DNA of 10,977 nucleotides. Origin: Octopus sinensis. Lineage: Eukaryota. This document shows, in pieces, positions 8,364 through 10,977 of the stretch. Within the stretch, counting starts at the first letter, position 1. Each line of letters opens with the position of its first letter. The stretch spans positions 1-10,977 of the forward strand of contig NW_021827142.1 of assembly GCF_006345805.1 (NCBI RefSeq), read 5' to 3'. Below the pieces are notes generated by a model. That model worked only from the letters and a program-made list of their open reading frames with translations, did no database searches and was not told where the DNA came from. The translations under genes and the position numbers were made by a program.

Positions 8364-8556
8364 GGGAAAGTTTACGAAAAAAACAAAACACGATGGACAG
8401 GTGGTACAAAACAAAACAGATGTATTAGTATAAGGCTCAAGAATAGGAAGTCTTTTTACGTTTCGAGCCTACGCCTCTCTACAGAAAGAGACGCAGAAAA
8501 AACAAGGAGAGAAACAAGGAGAGAAAAAAAGAGAGAGAAAAATATGTGTAGTGGCT
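8364..8556 (-). mobile_element. About 190-bp insert in (TA)n carrying a hammerhead-like motif; putative non-autonomous Penelope-like-element fragment
   Basis: Non-microsatellite block with TA tract on both sides; contains acgtttcgagc (CGAAACGT on the minus strand) and a tandem 12-bp duplication aaacaaggagag (8500-8523). The Penelope link is inferred from the hammerhead. Confidence 0.55.
8450..8492 (-). ncRNA. Minimal type I hammerhead ribozyme-like motif (core variant A6U)
   Basis: Minus strand GUCUCUUU-CUGUAGA-GAGGC GUAG GCUC-GAAAC-GUA-AAAAGAC. Stem I is 7 bp with one bulge, stem II is 4 bp with one bulge and a GUAG loop, stem III is the palindromic ACGU, and the NUH site is GUA. Confidence 0.5.
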
Positions 8557-8975
8557 ATATATATATGTATATATGTATATAGTATATATGTGTATATATA
8601 TTATATATATTATATATATGCAAATATAGTATATGTATGGATACTATTTGTAATAGTATATATTATATATATATGTATGTATATATATATATATGTATAT
8701 ATATGTATGTATATATATATATATATATATTTATAGTATATATATATTGTATATATATAGGTATTTATGTATATGTGCATATATGTATGCATCTGTGCAT
8801 ATTTATTTATGTATGTATATGTGCATTATATATGTATTAATATATGTATGTATATATATATAGATGTGTGTATATATGTATGTATATATATATATGATAT
8901 ATATATATAATATAGATATATATTTATATATATATATATATATATTATATAATATATATATATATATATATATAC

Positions 8976-9164
8976 ATTTCTTGTGTCTTTTTGTTTGTCC
9001 CCACCACCATCGCTGCAAACGATGTTAGTGTATTTACGTCCCCTTAATGTAGCAGTTTGGTAAATGAGGTCGATAGAATAAAGTCTGGGTTCGATTTGTT
9101 TGACTAAAGATGGTGCTCCAAGATTGCCGCAATCAAAATGACTGAAACAAGTAAAAGAATATAT
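8976..9164 (+). mobile_element. Family A 3' half (possibly the 3' end of the 7497/7907 host copy)
   Basis: tttgtccccaccaccatcgc...gtgtatttacgtcccc...gatggtgctcca...aaatgactgaaacaagtaaaagaa. Confidence 0.85.
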
Positions 9165-9642
9165 AGGCTAAGTCGTGCCTGTGTGGTAAGAAGTTTGCAT
9201 CCCAACCCCATGGTTCCGAGTTCATACCTACTGCGTGGCACCTTGGGCAAGTGTCTTCTCTAATAGCCTCAGGCCGACCAAAGCCTTTTGAGTAGATATG
9301 TGTGCGTGTCTGTGTGTGTGCCTGTGTGTGCGTATGTGCTTGTGTATGTGTGTGTGTGTGTGCCTGTGTGTGCGTATGTGCTTGTGTGTGTGTGTGTGTT
9401 TGTGTGTGTGTGCTTGTGTGTCTTTGTGCCTGTGTTTGTCCCTCACCTCCACTTGATAACCGGTGTTGATGTGTTTGCGTCCCCGTGGATTAGTGATTCG
9501 GCAAAATAGACCAATAGAATATGTAACAGGCTTAGAAGGAAATAATTACAGGAGTCGATCCATTCGTTTAAAAATTCATCAAGGCGGTGCACCAGTATGG
9601 CCGTAGTCTAATAACTTAAACATATACAGGGTAAAAGGTAAA
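9165..9642 (+). mobile_element. Family A SINE, full length, diverged
   Basis: ctgtgtggtaagaag head, ctgcgtggcaccttgggcaagtgtcttct, TG tract, 3' half ending ggcggtgcaccagtatggccgtagtc...gtaaaaggtaaa. Confidence 0.88.
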
Positions 9643-9711
9643 TAATATATTTGGCAACATCTACCACCGGCAACGAATTGGGTGGTCGTTTGATAGTTTA
9701 GCTTCTATTAG

Positions 9712-9968
9712 CTTTTACTCATCATAATGCGACCGTGCTGGAGCACTGCCTTTCAGAATTTCTAGTCGAATATATCGACTGTAGTACTTATGTGTTTTCT
9801 GCAGTCTGGTAAGAACTAGGTAACGGGGACGTAAACACACTAACACCGGCTGTGAAGCGGAGGTGAGTGACACAGACAACGACACACACACATACACGCT
9901 CACAAAGTCAAATACACGCACAATCAAATACAACACACACAGACGCACAACACACACATACACGCGCA

Positions 9969-10001
<33 letters not shown>

Positions 10002-10410
10002 CACACACACATACGACTGGTTTCCACGCAGTTTCCGCCTATTAAATTCACTCAGAAGGCAGCGAGCTGGCATAATCGTTAGCACGCCGGGCGAAATGTT
10101 TAGCGATATTTCGTCTGCCGCTACGTTCTGAGTTCAAATTCCACCGAGGTCAACTTTGCTTTTCATCCTTTCGGGGTCGATTAAATAAGTACCAGTTACG
10201 CACTGTGGTCGATGCAATCGTCTTACCCCTCCCTGCAAATTTCAGGCTTTGTGCCTATAATAGAAAAGTAATAAATTCACTCAGAAAGCATTGTTGGGAG
10301 ACCCAAGGCTATAGAAGACACTTAGAAGGAACCACAAAGTGGAATTGAACCTGAAACCACGTGGTTGCAAAGGGAGCTTCTTAATCGCACAGCCATGCCG
10401 GCGCCTACGT
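9712..10410 (-). mobile_element. Family A SINE, full length, diverged, interrupted by a family B insertion
   Basis: 3' half at 9712-9890, CA tract, acgactggtttcc...gtttccgcct, insertion, then aaggctatagaagacactt...gcttcttaatcgcacagccatgccggcgcctac (head). Confidence 0.85.
10058..10271 (+). mobile_element. Family B tRNA-derived SINE (Meta-domain-like core), full length, with 15-bp target-site duplication
   Basis: Head ggcagcgagctggc, B-box-like gagttcaaattcc, core ggtcaactttgcttttcatcctttcggggtcgattaaataagtacc; flanked by taaattcactcagaa at 10043-10057 and 10272-10286. The Meta-domain assignment is from memory. Confidence 0.9.
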
Positions 10411-10713
10411 ACAGCCAAGCCTGCTTCGTTTTACATGGTATACTTTTTGGTTCAGACTTTTTCACATCTTTCACTATCTGTTTGATGGCGGCCATATCGG
10501 AAGTATAGGCAATGTGATTTGTTCAGAGATCAGTTTTTAGTAAAGATCTGTGATCAAGCTGTAATAAAATACAGTCATTTGTGTTTTGTTGTTGTTTAAC
10601 TTAAAGTCAGCCTTGATAGATCAAGACTATCAATAAAGGCTTTCCAACCGTGACCAGGTCAATTTCTATTTATGATATTTGGTAATTAATAAACTTATGT
10701 TTATTATAGTACG

Positions 10714-10882
10714 TATTCTTTTCTACTCTTACACAAGGCCCGAAATTTTTGGGGAGGGGACACGTCGATTACATCGACCCCAGTAATCACTGGTACTTAA
10801 TTATCTATATCCCTGAAAGGATGAAAGGCAAAGTCAACATCGGCGGAATTTGAACTCAGAACATAAAGACAGACGAAATACC
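10714..10882 (-). mobile_element. Family B SINE, 5'-interrupted
   Basis: gtcgattacatcgaccccagt...ggtactta...gaaaggatgaaaggcaaagtcaac...ggaatttgaactcagaac is the reverse complement of 10095-10260. Confidence 0.88.
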
Positions 10883-10977
10883 TATTTCTTTACTGCCCAC
10901 AAGGGGCTACACACAGAGGGGACAAACAAGGACAGACAAACGGATTAGGTCATTATATCGACCCCAGTGCGTAACTA
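10883..10977 (-). mobile_element. 3' end of a second family B-related SINE with a different tail, running off the window
   Basis: tatatcgaccccagtgcgtaact matches the family B core; the tail tatttctttactgcccacaagggg...acaaacgg differs from the other B copies. Confidence 0.7.

Larger units (their letters stand above)
8029..8975. repeat. Very long TA-rich microsatellite tract interrupted at 8364-8556
   Basis: (TA)n/(TATG)n seen directly. Confidence 0.97.

Noticed and set aside
736-10410. Recurring repeats with spacers suggesting a CRISPR-like array
   Set aside because: The units are long, irregularly spaced, in both orientations and in eukaryotic context; they are SINEs.
10444-10495. Minus-strand ATG exon candidate MAAIKQIVKDVKKSEPK
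   Set aside because: Short, weak donor (gtatac), phase 1 does not fit the phase-0 acceptor at 6669, and no recognisable homology.

Overview
AT-rich eukaryotic, mostly non-coding DNA, packed with (TA)n, (CA/TG)n, (TACA)n and (GA)n microsatellites and tRNA-headed SINE-like repeats. The repeat types and microsatellite load look like an octopus (coleoid cephalopod) genome; this is recognition from memory, not a database result. Nearly all ORFs in the supplied track are microsatellite or SINE read-throughs (poly-YI/HT/CV). About 12 copies or fragments of one composite SINE (family A: tRNA head, CORE-like segment, internal microsatellite, conserved 3' half, GAGTAAAA tail) occur in both orientations. 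There are also 5 pieces of a second SINE (family B, Meta-domain-like) and one third-family SINE (C), often nested in each other. Signals the repeats do not explain: (1) a hammerhead-ribozyme-like motif at 8450-8492 (-) in a ~190-bp insert within a TA microsatellite, resembling Penelope-type minimal hammerheads; (2) a decayed protein-kinase catalytic-loop fragment at 3460-3579 (+); (3) a chain of phase-compatible candidate exons on the minus strand (6669-6615, 6474-6398, possibly 7004-6774 with one in-frame TGA); (4) a diverged inverted paralog pair flanking those exons; (5) three non-collinear local duplications at 1.5-4.4 kb; (6) a 333-bp segment between perfect 24-bp direct repeats. No complete gene can be supported from this window alone. 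Identities were estimated by eye.
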